The position numbers and the translations under genes are program-made. DNA of 64,000 bases from an uncultured Candidatus Nemicrothrix sp. GTDB taxonomy: Bacteria; Actinomycetota; Acidimicrobiia; Acidimicrobiales; MedAcidi-G1. Positions 39,114 to 48,371 of the stretch are shown piece by piece (position 1 is the stretch's first letter; each line of letters starts with the position of its first letter). The stretch covers positions 39,576-103,575 of the forward strand of contig CAJXKL010000001.1 in the NCBI GenBank assembly GCA_913055915.1. Direction: 5' to 3'. The notes under the pieces are model-generated. The model did not search any database, was not told the DNA's origin, and saw nothing but the letters and a program-made list of their open reading frames with translations.

Positions 39114-41140
39114 TCCACCGCTGGCCGTTCAAGCTGGACAGATTTCAAGAGGAGGCGATCGCCGCGGTCGATGCCGGGCATTCGGTTCTGGTTGCGGCAC
39201 CGACATCCAGTGGAAAGACGGTGGTTGCAGAACATGCGATCGGCCGTGCAATGGAAGATGGCCTGAGGACCTTCTACACGGCACCGATCAAGGCTCTTTC
39301 CAACCAGAAGTACCGGGACCTGAGCAGGAGCCTCGGTAGCAGCCAGACCGGCCTTCTCACCGGCGACAACACCATCTCACCCCAGGCGCCGGTCGTGGTC
39401 ATGACCACCGAGGTGCTGAGGAACATGCTCTACTCGGATTCAGGATTCGCAGAGGACCTGGGCTGGGTGATTCTGGATGAGGTCCACTTCCTCGAGGACC
39501 CGTACCGCGGTGCCGTCTGGGAGGAGGTGATACTCAATCTTCCGGCACAGGTGGGAATCGTGGCGTTGTCGGCCACCGTCTCCAACGCAGCGGAACTTGG
39601 TGAATGGATTCGTGAGATACGGGGAGCGACCGATGTAGTCGTGGAAAAACGGCGGCCGGTCCCACTTCGCAGCCATTACATGGTGGTTGAGCGCCGTGGC
39701 GGCAGGCGCCTGCACAGGATGTCCGTCCTGACCGGTGGCGCCCCAAACAGAAAGGGCGAACGCTTTGACGTCGCGGGGCGGAGAGACCGGAATCGACATG
39801 GGCCCGGATGGGCATCTCCCAGGCGACGCGAAATCCTGGGTGAACTCCGGCGCAACGACCTGCTACCGGCCATCCACTTCATCTTCAGCCGGGCCGGGTG
39901 CGACGATGCGCGCGATTCCCTGATCCGAGAGGGTGTGAACCTGAACAGTCCGGGCGAGGCCGATGAGGTCGAAACGTTACTCTCGGAGAGGCTTGGGGGC
40001 ATCTCCAGCGGGGACTTGGAGGCACTGGGGGTCGAACAGTGGAAAGTTGGCCTTCGCCGGGGAATCGCAGCGCATCACGCGGGCATGCTGCCCCTCTTCA
40101 AGGAACTGGCTGAGGAACTGTTTGCGTCCGGCCTGTTGAAGATCGTCTACGCAACTGAGACCCTTGCGCTCGGCGTAAACCTCCCTGCCCGCTCGGTCAT
40201 CATCGAGAAGTTGACGAAGTTCACCGGGGAGACGCACGAGATGCTCACGCCGGGACAGTTTGCGCAGTTGACTGGTCGAGCCGGGAGGCGCGGTATCGAC
40301 GACGAAGGCAACGCCCTGATCTGCTGGACGCCGTTTGTCCCCTTCAGGAAGGTCGCCGAGCTTGCACGAAGCAGGGACTTCGTCCTCATGTCGGCATTCC
40401 GTCCCAATTACAACATGTTGGCGAACCTCATTCTCTGCCGGACGAGGGAAGAAGCAAGAGACCTTGTTGAGCGCTCGTTTGCTCAGTTCCAGGACCGCCG
40501 GCGAAAGAGGCACGGCTCGGACATGGTCGATCGACTGGACGGAATGGAACGGGTTCTCGAGAGTAGGGGACTGGCCGACTCGTGGCAGTTGACCGATCGG
40601 GGTGCAGCGCTCGCCAGAATCCACAACGAGGCCGACCTTCTGGTCGTGGAGGCGCTGGCGGCAGGCCACTTTGACGACCTCACCCCTGCCGAGACCGCTG
40701 CCGTTCTGTCGTGCGTCACCTACCAGCGCCGTGGACCCCGCAGAATTGACGTTCCCGAGCCACCGGGCCGAACGGGAGCCAGGATCAGGGCGATCAGTGA
40801 ACTTGGCGAGGAGATCGGTTCTCAGGGAGCCAGCCTTGGCGTTGAGGTCGTGTTCACGACGGATCACGGCCTCGCCGAGACGATCATGGACTGGGTTGAC
40901 GGTGGAAGCCTCGCCACCATCCTCGACGATGGCATGAACGCAGGAGAGTTCGTCCGGAACGTGAGGCTTGTTGCCGATCTGCTCGGCCAACTGCGCAAGG
41001 TAGCTGGTCCGGATCTGGCAGCGACTGCAGGAAGGGCCGTGGACGGCCTCGAACGCGGTGTTGTCGCCCTCGCCGGAGCGATCTCAGAACCGGAGGCGAC
41101 CGAGCCGACGGGCACCGCCGACAACCCCGAAGCTGCGTAG
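39110..41140 (+). CDS. helY: Ski2/HelY-like DEVH-box superfamily-2 RNA helicase
   Basis: AAPTSSGKT, DEVH, SAT and HHAGMLP motifs. GTGA overlap with tatC. At 676 aa it is shorter than mycobacterial HelY. Confidence 0.8.
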   Translation: MIHRWPFKLDRFQEEAIAAVDAGHSVLVAAPTSSGKTVVAEHAIGRAMEDGLRTFYTAPIKALSNQKYRDLSRSLGSSQTGLLTGDNTISPQAPVVVMTTEVLRNMLYSDSGFAEDLGWVILDEVHFLEDPYRGAVWEEVILNLPAQVGIVALSATVSNAAELGEWIREIRGATDVVVEKRRPVPLRSHYMVVERRGGRRLHRMSVLTGGAPNRKGERFDVAGRRDRNRHGPGWASPRRREILGELRRNDLLPAIHFIFSRAGCDDARDSLIREGVNLNSPGEADEVETLLSERLGGISSGDLEALGVEQWKVGLRRGIAAHHAGMLPLFKELAEELFASGLLKIVYATETLALGVNLPARSVIIEKLTKFTGETHEMLTPGQFAQLTGRAGRRGIDDEGNALICWTPFVPFRKVAELARSRDFVLMSAFRPNYNMLANLILCRTREEARDLVERSFAQFQDRRRKRHGSDMVDRLDGMERVLESRGLADSWQLTDRGAALARIHNEADLLVVEALAAGHFDDLTPAETAAVLSCVTYQRRGPRRIDVPEPPGRTGARIRAISELGEEIGSQGASLGVEVVFTTDHGLAETIMDWVDGGSLATILDDGMNAGEFVRNVRLVADLLGQLRKVAGPDLAATAGRAVDGLERGVVALAGAISEPEATEPTGTADNPEAA

Positions 41141-41146
41141 CCGACC

Positions 41147-41755
41147 ATGTCGCTTTCTAGAGGCCAGAGCTGGGGCGGGACAGGTGACCTGCCATACGGG
41201 TCAGAAGTGGCCGGTAGTGACGCTGAACTTCGAGCCGTGGTCACCAGTGCCCGCGCTGCTGGAGACGACCCACCGACCGTGGGCCTGACCGGAGGCGACC
41301 TGTGGCGGACGCTTGGTGGTAGGAGTAGGACCAGAGGCTTCTCGGATGAGTCGACCCGGGTGGTTGTCGATATCGGATCGGTGCTTCTGGACGGCCGGAT
41401 CCACTGGTTCGTCGCACATCTCGTCGCCCGGCGCAGCTGGCTGATCGGGCGCTGCTGGATCGCCGCCAATGCCTCACACCTTGGGCGCTGGAATCTTGCA
41501 CCCAGAGCGCACCCCGGAGACGGGTTGTTGGACCTACTCGACTCGAACCTTCCGATCCGCCAACGCCTGCAGGCCCACCGGAGGCTGCGCGCAGGCAACC
41601 ACGTTCCACATCCCGGAATCGCATACACGAGACAGCCTGCACAACAGATCTCATTCCAGGACCCGGTACCGATCCACCTCGACTCGGAGTCAGTCGGTTC
41701 CTACAGGAACATCTCTGTACGCCTGGAACCCGCCGCTCTCCATCTGGTTGTCTGA
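41147..41755 (+). CDS. Diacylglycerol-kinase-fold-like protein, N-terminally short and degenerate
   Basis: LTGGDLWRT sits where GGDGT is expected, followed by a C-terminal beta-sandwich-like part (PGDGLLDLL). Confidence 0.4.
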   Translation: MSLSRGQSWGGTGDLPYGSEVAGSDAELRAVVTSARAAGDDPPTVGLTGGDLWRTLGGRSRTRGFSDESTRVVVDIGSVLLDGRIHWFVAHLVARRSWLIGRCWIAANASHLGRWNLAPRAHPGDGLLDLLDSNLPIRQRLQAHRRLRAGNHVPHPGIAYTRQPAQQISFQDPVPIHLDSESVGSYRNISVRLEPAALHLVV

Positions 41756-41810
41756 TCCTGCCTGAACGGCCCGTGACAACCGTGTCTGGCCGGGCCGGTA
41801 CGATCCGCGG

Positions 41811-43025
41811 ATGGCAGATGATCCAACCGTGGCGGGGGCAAGGCAGAGGGTTCTGGACAGGATCGATGATCTGGCCGACACCCTGATCTCCGCATCCCAC
41901 CAGATACACGCCCAACCTGAACTGGGGTTCAAGGAACACGTCGCTCACGGGATCCTCACAGGGGTCCTTGAGACTGAAGGCATGGAGGTCGTCAGGTCGG
42001 CCTATGGACTGGAAACTGCCTTCGAGGCATCGGCGGGAAGTGTGGGGCCGGTGATAGCGGTGTTGTGCGAATACGATGCTCTACCCGGAATCGGCCACGC
42101 CTGTGGCCACAACATCATCGCCACAGCAGGCCTTGGTGCCGGACTGGCTGCTGCAGCCGTTGCAACCGAGATGAACGGGCAGATACGCATCCTCGGGACG
42201 CCAGCCGAAGAGGGTGGGGGTGGAAAGGTCCTGATGCTCGAGAGGGGAGCGTTCGACGATGTCGAAGCCGCCCTGATGGTGCACCCCGCCGATGCGGACC
42301 TACGGAACATCACCAGCCTCGCCGTTCAGCAGATCCAGGCGGTCTTCACGGGTCGGGCAGCCCACGCTGCGGCCGCTCCCGACCGTGGCCTCAACGCCCT
42401 TGACGCTGCGGTCCTCAGCTACATGAACGTGGCCGCCCTCCGACAGCACATTTCTCCTGAGGAACGGATCCACGGGATCTTCACCGACGCCGGACAGCGG
42501 GCCAACATCGTGCCCGAGCGGGCGGCAGCTAGCTGGTACGTGCGTGCGCCCGACCGGGCGGGTGCAGATGCTCTGGCGACGAGGGTGACCGCATGTCTCG
42601 AAGCGGGCGCGTTGGCGAGCGGCTGCTCGGTCAACTCCGAGTTGATCCAGCCAATCTACAACGAGGTACGAGATAACCAGGTCCTGCTTGATCGCTATGT
42701 GGCCAACTCCATGGGACTCGGACGCGTTGTGCTTCCAACAGACAATCACCAGGTCGTAGGTAGCACCGACTTCGGAAACGTGAGTTACACGGTTCCGGCG
42801 ATCCACCCGATGATCAAGACAGCACCCGTCGGCACAGCCATCCACACCACCGACTTCGCAATAGCCGCGATCAGCGATGAAGCCGACGAGGCCATCCTCC
42901 ACGGTGCCCGTTCAATGGCGCTCACCGTCGTTGACTGCTGGGCCTCCAGCGGGGTTCTGGATGCGGCCAGAAGCGAGTTTGCGGATGCAACCGGAGTCCG
43001 CGAAGGCAGCCCTCAGACGACGTAG
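41811..43025 (+). CDS. M20-family amidohydrolase/peptidase (AbgB-like)
   Basis: ACGHNIIA metal-binding motif, 404 aa. Confidence 0.8.
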   Translation: MADDPTVAGARQRVLDRIDDLADTLISASHQIHAQPELGFKEHVAHGILTGVLETEGMEVVRSAYGLETAFEASAGSVGPVIAVLCEYDALPGIGHACGHNIIATAGLGAGLAAAAVATEMNGQIRILGTPAEEGGGGKVLMLERGAFDDVEAALMVHPADADLRNITSLAVQQIQAVFTGRAAHAAAAPDRGLNALDAAVLSYMNVAALRQHISPEERIHGIFTDAGQRANIVPERAAASWYVRAPDRAGADALATRVTACLEAGALASGCSVNSELIQPIYNEVRDNQVLLDRYVANSMGLGRVVLPTDNHQVVGSTDFGNVSYTVPAIHPMIKTAPVGTAIHTTDFAIAAISDEADEAILHGARSMALTVVDCWASSGVLDAARSEFADATGVREGSPQTT

Positions 43026-43036
43026 CCTCAGCGGCC

Positions 43037-44671
43037 GTGTCCACCTATGTCGCCGAGGAGTTCAGCACCGCAGAGGAGGACGTCCTCCGTCGCTACTTCA
43101 CCAACTTGGACCAGCCCGTGTTTGCGCTGGTCAACCTGCCAGAGGTTGTCAAGGGTGCGCTCTTTGCACGCTACTCCCGTTCCGACAAGAGCCTGCGACG
43201 GCTCTTCCTCGAGGAGTTCGTAGGCGAACTGGATGTCTCCGGCGACGAGACGATCGACGCCACCGTCGGCCTGCGCCGTGCTGAGGAACTCTACGACCGC
43301 GTGTTCTTCGAATACGGCGACGACAGCGTCGCACAGTTGGGAGGCGTTCACCTTGCCTGTGAGCAGGCCTCCAACCTCCTGACGAAGGTGCTCGAGTGGG
43401 GACGCCTAATGTCCTATCTCGAACAGTCGACCCGCTACATCGCCTACGACTCCCGGCTCGGCGGGCGATACCGCTACTACCGGGATCCCGAGATCCTGTC
43501 CTCGGCGCTCGGAACCCGCTACATAGCGGACATGGACAGGCTCTTTGAGAACTACGCCGAGATGGTCCCGCTCATGGCCAACCACTTCCGCACCGTGGCG
43601 CCGAAGGCCGACAGCGACTCTGACTTCGTCTACCGCCAGGCTATAGCGGCAAAGGCGTTCGACTCGGTCAGGGGGATGCTCCCGGCGGCATCGCTGTCAA
43701 ACGTCGGTATCTACGCCTCCGGACAGGCATACGAGTCTCTCCTCATCCGGATGCGTGCCCACCCCCTCCCGGAGGCCAGATCCTATGCCGAGATGATGCT
43801 GGCCGAACTTCGCAAGGTAATCCCGTCGTTCCTCAAGCGCGTCGACCTGCCTGACAGGGGAGAGGCCACGGGGGCCTACGGAGCCGACTGCCGTGACCGC
43901 CTCGCTGACGTTGCGGAGCACCTGTTCCCAGACAGGGAGGTGCCTCACGCCAGACCCCTGGTCGACCTGACCGACTTCGATCCCGACGCCGAGGTCAAGT
44001 TGGTTGCAGCGGCGCTGTACCCCTTCACCAATCAGCCTGACCGGACCGTCGAGGCTCGCGTCAGGAACATGACCGTTGATGAGCGACTCACTGTCCTGCG
44101 GGCATTCGTGGGAGACCGCTCCAACCGCCGGCACCGACCCGGCAGGGCACTCGAGAGGCCTACCTACCGCTTCGACATCCTTTCCGACTACGGGGCATTT
44201 CGTGACCTGCAGCGCCACCGGATGATGACCCTTGACTGGCAACGCCTCAGCACCTCACACGGGTACGTGAGGCCACCCGAGATCGACGACGCTGGACTGG
44301 CCGACCGCTTCAATGCCTCTATGGAGCGCGCAGCGGCCCTTCATGACGCCCTCGAACCGGCATTTCCCGATCAGGCTCCCTATGCGGCGTCACTCGCCTA
44401 CCGGGTCCGCTACATGATGCACCTGAACGCCAGAGAGGCCATGCACGTCCTTGAGCTGCGTACCTCGCCACAGGGCCATCCTGCCTACAGGCGTGTCTGC
44501 CAGGAGATGCACACGCTGATTCGGGACGTGGCCGGACACCGGGCAATTGCCGAGATGATGTCCTTTGTCGACCACTCCTCAGGAACCGATCTTGAGCGCC
44601 TCGACTCGGAGCGCGGGAGTGAGCACAAGAGGGCCATGACCATGGACGGTTCCGACACCTCGATCGCATGA
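43037..44671 (+). CDS. Long (544 aa) ThyX/Thy1-domain-like protein
   Basis: RHR motif in LQRHRMMT (codons at 44213-44221), ELRTSPQGHPAYR, N-terminal FARYSRS. About twice the canonical ThyX length. Confidence 0.6.
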   Translation: MSTYVAEEFSTAEEDVLRRYFTNLDQPVFALVNLPEVVKGALFARYSRSDKSLRRLFLEEFVGELDVSGDETIDATVGLRRAEELYDRVFFEYGDDSVAQLGGVHLACEQASNLLTKVLEWGRLMSYLEQSTRYIAYDSRLGGRYRYYRDPEILSSALGTRYIADMDRLFENYAEMVPLMANHFRTVAPKADSDSDFVYRQAIAAKAFDSVRGMLPAASLSNVGIYASGQAYESLLIRMRAHPLPEARSYAEMMLAELRKVIPSFLKRVDLPDRGEATGAYGADCRDRLADVAEHLFPDREVPHARPLVDLTDFDPDAEVKLVAAALYPFTNQPDRTVEARVRNMTVDERLTVLRAFVGDRSNRRHRPGRALERPTYRFDILSDYGAFRDLQRHRMMTLDWQRLSTSHGYVRPPEIDDAGLADRFNASMERAAALHDALEPAFPDQAPYAASLAYRVRYMMHLNAREAMHVLELRTSPQGHPAYRRVCQEMHTLIRDVAGHRAIAEMMSFVDHSSGTDLERLDSERGSEHKRAMTMDGSDTSIA

Positions 44672-44780
44672 ACTCGGCGACTCTCAGGATCGTTTCCAGA
44701 GTTGGATGCCTAGATAGCGCCCAACACTGCCCGAACCTGTCTATGCTCCGGCCGCGATCCACAGATCAGTCGAGGAAGCG

Positions 44781-45227
44781 ATGAGCGACGACGAGACCAC
44801 CGACGAACCGTCCGACGAGGAACTCGGCGACGAACCCGACGTGGAGTTCGACAACGAGGGGGATGAGTTCGCCGACGAAGACGAATCGGACACCGCTGGC
44901 GACGACGAGGAGGGCGGAGAGGAGGAAGACGGAGACGAGGACGGACCCCGGCCAGCCAAGGTGGTTGTGGTCGATGACGATGATGACCCCGACCCCGACG
45001 ATGTCGAAGCCGATCTTGACGCAATCCTCAAAGAACGGATTGCAGCCGGCGACGACGAGGATGAGGACGAAGAGGACACTGCTGCCAAGGGGAGTCAGAC
45101 GGCACATGGGAGCGTCGAGGAACGTCAGGAGACCGAACTCCACTGTCCCCACTGCTTCCTGCTTGTTCAGGCCACTGCGATAGCCGAGACCGGAGAATGC
45201 GGACACTGCGGCGGCCCCATTTCGTGA
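44781..45227 (+). CDS. DUF4193-like protein: poly-acidic N-terminus plus C-terminal CxxC...CxxC zinc ribbon
   Basis: D/E-rich first ~105 aa, then ELHCPHCFLLV...GECGHCGGPI. Confidence 0.7.
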   Translation: MSDDETTDEPSDEELGDEPDVEFDNEGDEFADEDESDTAGDDEEGGEEEDGDEDGPRPAKVVVVDDDDDPDPDDVEADLDAILKERIAAGDDEDEDEEDTAAKGSQTAHGSVEERQETELHCPHCFLLVQATAIAETGECGHCGGPIS

Positions 45228-45246
45228 CCCGTTCAGGTACCTGAGC

Positions 45247-45720
45247 GTGGAGGTGGCGAGAGAGGCGAGCGCCGCCGACTGTGCCGACCTCGAGGCGCTA
45301 CTGGCGGCCTCCCGCGGAGACATGACCCGCAAGCGGGGCGCGGAGGTTCTTGCTCGACTGGACCGAAGTGCCCACGATCTGGCGGCACGGGTGCACGAGT
45401 GTCTCGAGTCTCCCGAAGTGGTTGTCGCCGTCGGCACAATTGACGGCACGACGGTCGGTTACGGCGTGATGCGGATATCAGAGGTGGCCGACGGCAACCC
45501 TCACGCTGTCGTCGAGGAACTCTTCGTGGACCCCGAAGCTCGGTCGGTCGGAGTTGGTGAGGCCCTGATGGAATACCTGATCGAGGATGCGAAGGTCCGT
45601 GGTGCTCTGTGGATCGAGGCGCTCGCACTACCCGGCGACCGGGCGACCAAGAACTTCTTCGAAAGCCAGCGAATGGTTGCACGCGCGATCGTTGTGCACC
45701 GATGGTTGGACGGCCGGTGA
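45247..45720 (+). CDS. GNAT-family N-acetyltransferase
   Basis: Acetyl-CoA loop VDPEARSVGVGEAL, 157 aa. Confidence 0.75.
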   Translation: MEVAREASAADCADLEALLAASRGDMTRKRGAEVLARLDRSAHDLAARVHECLESPEVVVAVGTIDGTTVGYGVMRISEVADGNPHAVVEELFVDPEARSVGVGEALMEYLIEDAKVRGALWIEALALPGDRATKNFFESQRMVARAIVVHRWLDGR

Positions 45721-46142
45721 GCGTCGGGAGGCCGGAACTCTGCGTTGGAGCGGTCGCTGTCAGTGGAGTCCACCTTCTCATGATCCGTCGTGGTACCGAG
45801 CCGGAGCTTGGCCAGTGGTCGCTTCCAGGTGGGCGCGTCGAGGCCGCAGAGTCGGTGGTCTCAGCGGTCGTACGCGAGTTGGCGGAGGAGACCGGGCTCG
45901 AGGGCGTCTGTGGCCCGTTCATGGGATGGGTGGAGCGCTCCGGGTTTGGCCATCACCACGTGATCCTCAACTTCGAGGTCACACTCCTGGGAGATGCCGA
46001 CCCGGTTGCCGGTGACGACGCCAGTGAGGTTCGCTGGGTTCCCCTGCTGGAGGTTGCCGGAACCAACCTGGTTGACGGCATGTATGCTTTTCTCCTCGAG
46101 CACGGGGTCCTACCGGGCGGCCCGGTGCTGGGAGGCTCCTGA
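45717..46142 (+). CDS. NUDIX hydrolase
   Basis: Nudix box GGRVEAAESVVSAVVRELAEETGL. GTG 45717 overlaps the GNAT stop (GTGA). Track ORF starts at 45609. Confidence 0.8.
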   Translation: MSVGRPELCVGAVAVSGVHLLMIRRGTEPELGQWSLPGGRVEAAESVVSAVVRELAEETGLEGVCGPFMGWVERSGFGHHHVILNFEVTLLGDADPVAGDDASEVRWVPLLEVAGTNLVDGMYAFLLEHGVLPGGPVLGGS

Positions 46143-46149
46143 GGAACCC

Positions 46150-46911
46150 CTACCGGCCCTTCCAGACGGGTGGCCGCTTCTCGATGAAAGCGCTTGGTCC
46201 CTCATTGAAGTCCTCGCTGTGCCAGACCGCACGGCTCTCCTCGGCTACAACGGCATTCGCCTCGTTGTCAGGCAGGAGGCTGGTCGTCAGGATCGAGCGA
46301 CGTGAGGCACGTACCGCCAGGGGAGCGTTGGCGTTGATCTCAGCGGCAAGTTCAAGCGCCCCCTCGAGTGCCCTGCCGGGTTCGACGAGGCGGTTGACCA
46401 TTCCGTGGTGGTGTGCATCGGTGGCACTCAGGTCTGCACCTGTGAGGGCCAACTCCATGGCGACCCTCGGTGGCAGCACCCGGGGAAGGCGGAACAGCCC
46501 ACCAGCAGCGGCGATCAGCGAACGCTTCACCTCGGGTATCCCGAAACGTGCCCCGGTTGAGGCGACGACCAGATCGCAGGCCAGGACAATCTCGGTGCCA
46601 CCGGCTACGGCCGGGCCCTCGACTGCTGCGATCAGGGGTTTGTTCCTGCTGCGGTTGACGAGGCCAGCGAAGCCACCGCGCTCTGTCGCCAGGTCAGCCA
46701 ACCCGGCGGCGATCACTTTCAGATCGGCTCCTGCGCAAAAAGCCGATCCGTTGGCGCACAATACGCCCACCCATGCCTCGTCATCGTGCTCAAGTTGATC
46801 GATTGCAGCCTCGATGGCCTTGGCCATCGCTCCGTTGATGGCATTACGGGCCTCAGGCCTGTTCAGCCGGATCAGGCCGACCCGTTCCAGCACTTCGTAC
46901 TCGACGATCAT
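46150..46911 (-). CDS. Enoyl-CoA hydratase/isomerase (crotonase) family
   Basis: LNRPEARNAI, FCAGADLK, 253 aa. Confidence 0.85.
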   Translation of the reverse strand: MIVEYEVLERVGLIRLNRPEARNAINGAMAKAIEAAIDQLEHDDEAWVGVLCANGSAFCAGADLKVIAAGLADLATERGGFAGLVNRSRNKPLIAAVEGPAVAGGTEIVLACDLVVASTGARFGIPEVKRSLIAAAGGLFRLPRVLPPRVAMELALTGADLSATDAHHHGMVNRLVEPGRALEGALELAAEINANAPLAVRASRRSILTTSLLPDNEANAVVAEESRAVWHSEDFNEGPSAFIEKRPPVWKGR

Positions 46912-46964
46912 GCCAGCGACTCTAGTCAGCAGTTCCAGATGGCCCCGCTGTTGGACAAGCGCTG

Positions 46965-48251
46965 CTAGGAGGCTGCGGGGCGCCGGGGACGACGGTTGCG
47001 ACGTGGGGGAGTGGGCTCTATTCCGAAACTGGCGGCTACGTCGGGAACGTTCATGGACACGCGTCGGACCACCTCGAGTAGTTCCTCGGCCGGTTCAGCC
47101 GGCATGCCCTCGGGGACGACCCGGAGGTGTACCGGTGACAGGGCGACAGCATCGATGATCGTGGCCCAACGATCCTGGCTGACCTGGGAGGTGAGGCTGG
47201 AATTGGCGGCCTCGGCCAGCCGCTCCAATTCGGCAGACGGCAGGGGAGAGCCGGCCTTGGGTGGCCGGGAACTGAGTCGGAGGGCACGAACAATGCGGCC
47301 GTTGTCGAGGGTGGTTCGCACCTCGTTCGCCCACTCCGCGTGTTCATGGTCAACACGTGCTGTCAGGCCCTCACGGAGGCTCTCGGCCAACTCCCTCGTC
47401 TCGTCGGTGCGTGCCGCTGTCTCGGCGGCGACGACCACAGACCGGATGTCACGGAGGTCGACCTCGGCGATACCGGCCAGGGCTGCCTCAGCGCGGTCGT
47501 GCCAGTCGGCGGTTCGCAGGTTCGGCTGAAGCCGCTCGGCGAGCTGGAGCAGGAGGTCTACGGGGATCTCCGGCTCACCGGCTTCGGTTGCGGCCTTGTT
47601 CTGAGCGGTGATCGCATCGCGCAGGCCCGGGATGCCGCCTCGGGCCAGATGTTGGCCGATGAGGCTCATCTCATCGGGTAGTACTGCCAGGGCCGCCTTG
47701 AGGTGCTTGCGGCGTGGGCGTAGGCGCTTTGGTCTCGGTGCCGCCGCCTTGGCAGGGGAGCGTCGGTTGTCGCCACCGGAGCCCTTTCGGGACCTGCGAC
47801 GGTCGCCGCCCTTGCCTGAGGTCTTGAAATCGCCACCACGGTCCTTGTCGGAGCTACCACGGCGCTCGGCACCCTCCCTACGCCTACTACTTCCCTTCTT
47901 GTCCTCCCTGCGCCGCCCGCGTGAGTCGCCGTCGCGACGGGGCCTGTCCTCCCTGCGGCCAGAGCGACCCTTCTTTGCGAGGGTGGCTATGACATCGGGT
48001 TCGTTGCGCCCACTGCCGAGAATCTCAAGTAGGTCGGGCTTACCGCTGCCCTCCTTTGGTGCCAGGACGGCCGTGATCTCGATTCCGTCCATGAACTGCT
48101 CGGTTTCGGCTCGAAGCAGGTCGCCGACCGAGACGCCATCTGGTAGAAGGGTGGCGTCGACCGCACCACGCGGTTCGCGCGCCCCTGCGGCCCGCCATGT
48201 CCACGAGCCGTCGTCGCGGTTGCTTGTCAGTTCGATCTCAATACGTGGCAT
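46965..48251 (-). CDS. Hypothetical protein with small N-terminal domain, ~95-aa Arg/Gly/Ser/Lys-rich linker and helical C-terminal domain
   Basis: 428-aa ORF with good coding bias. The basic low-complexity stretch is encoded at about 47684-47975. Confidence 0.6.
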   Translation of the reverse strand: MPRIEIELTSNRDDGSWTWRAAGAREPRGAVDATLLPDGVSVGDLLRAETEQFMDGIEITAVLAPKEGSGKPDLLEILGSGRNEPDVIATLAKKGRSGRREDRPRRDGDSRGRRREDKKGSSRRREGAERRGSSDKDRGGDFKTSGKGGDRRRSRKGSGGDNRRSPAKAAAPRPKRLRPRRKHLKAALAVLPDEMSLIGQHLARGGIPGLRDAITAQNKAATEAGEPEIPVDLLLQLAERLQPNLRTADWHDRAEAALAGIAEVDLRDIRSVVVAAETAARTDETRELAESLREGLTARVDHEHAEWANEVRTTLDNGRIVRALRLSSRPPKAGSPLPSAELERLAEAANSSLTSQVSQDRWATIIDAVALSPVHLRVVPEGMPAEPAEELLEVVRRVSMNVPDVAASFGIEPTPPRRNRRPRRPAAS

Positions 48252-48325
48252 CGCCTACAACGCTAGCCGTAAGAAGGGGTTGGCTACCTGAACCGCTGAT
48301 TTTCGGAGACGATCCACCACTTGTC

Positions 48326-48345
48326 AAGATAATCGACATTATCTT
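48326..48345. promoter_or_regulatory. Perfect inverted repeat AAGATAAT-CGAC-ATTATCTT in the integrase promoter region (candidate operator)
   Basis: 8-bp arms with a 4-nt spacer, 27 nt upstream of the integrase ATG, overlapping a GATAAT -10-like hexamer and adjacent to TTGTCA (48321-48326). Confidence 0.5.
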
Positions 48346-48371
48346 TGACTTAGAAGAAGGAGTTCAGAACC

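Noticed and set aside
44781-45100. Repetitive GAC/GAG/GAA-rich DNA that could look like a tandem repeat or array.
   Set aside because: It is in frame and encodes the poly-Asp/Glu region of the DUF4193-like protein. There is no fixed repeat unit or spacer structure.
45233-45244. 12-bp perfect palindrome TCAGGTACCTGA between the DUF4193 gene and the GNAT gene.
   Set aside because: It is too short, has no loop and no T-tract, and could easily occur by chance. No evidence supports a terminator or operator role.
45758-45765. TGTCAGTG, matching the upstream half of the PafBC-dependent RecA-NDp promoter motif.
   Set aside because: It lies inside the NUDIX coding region, and no TAnnnT hexamer follows at the expected 8-nt spacing.
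48279-48291. The short words GTTGGCT and ACCTGA recur at 49474-49486, and were considered as att-like direct repeats of the integrase island.
   Set aside because: They are only 6-7 nt long, occur in swapped order and could arise by chance, so they are not convincing as attL/attR.
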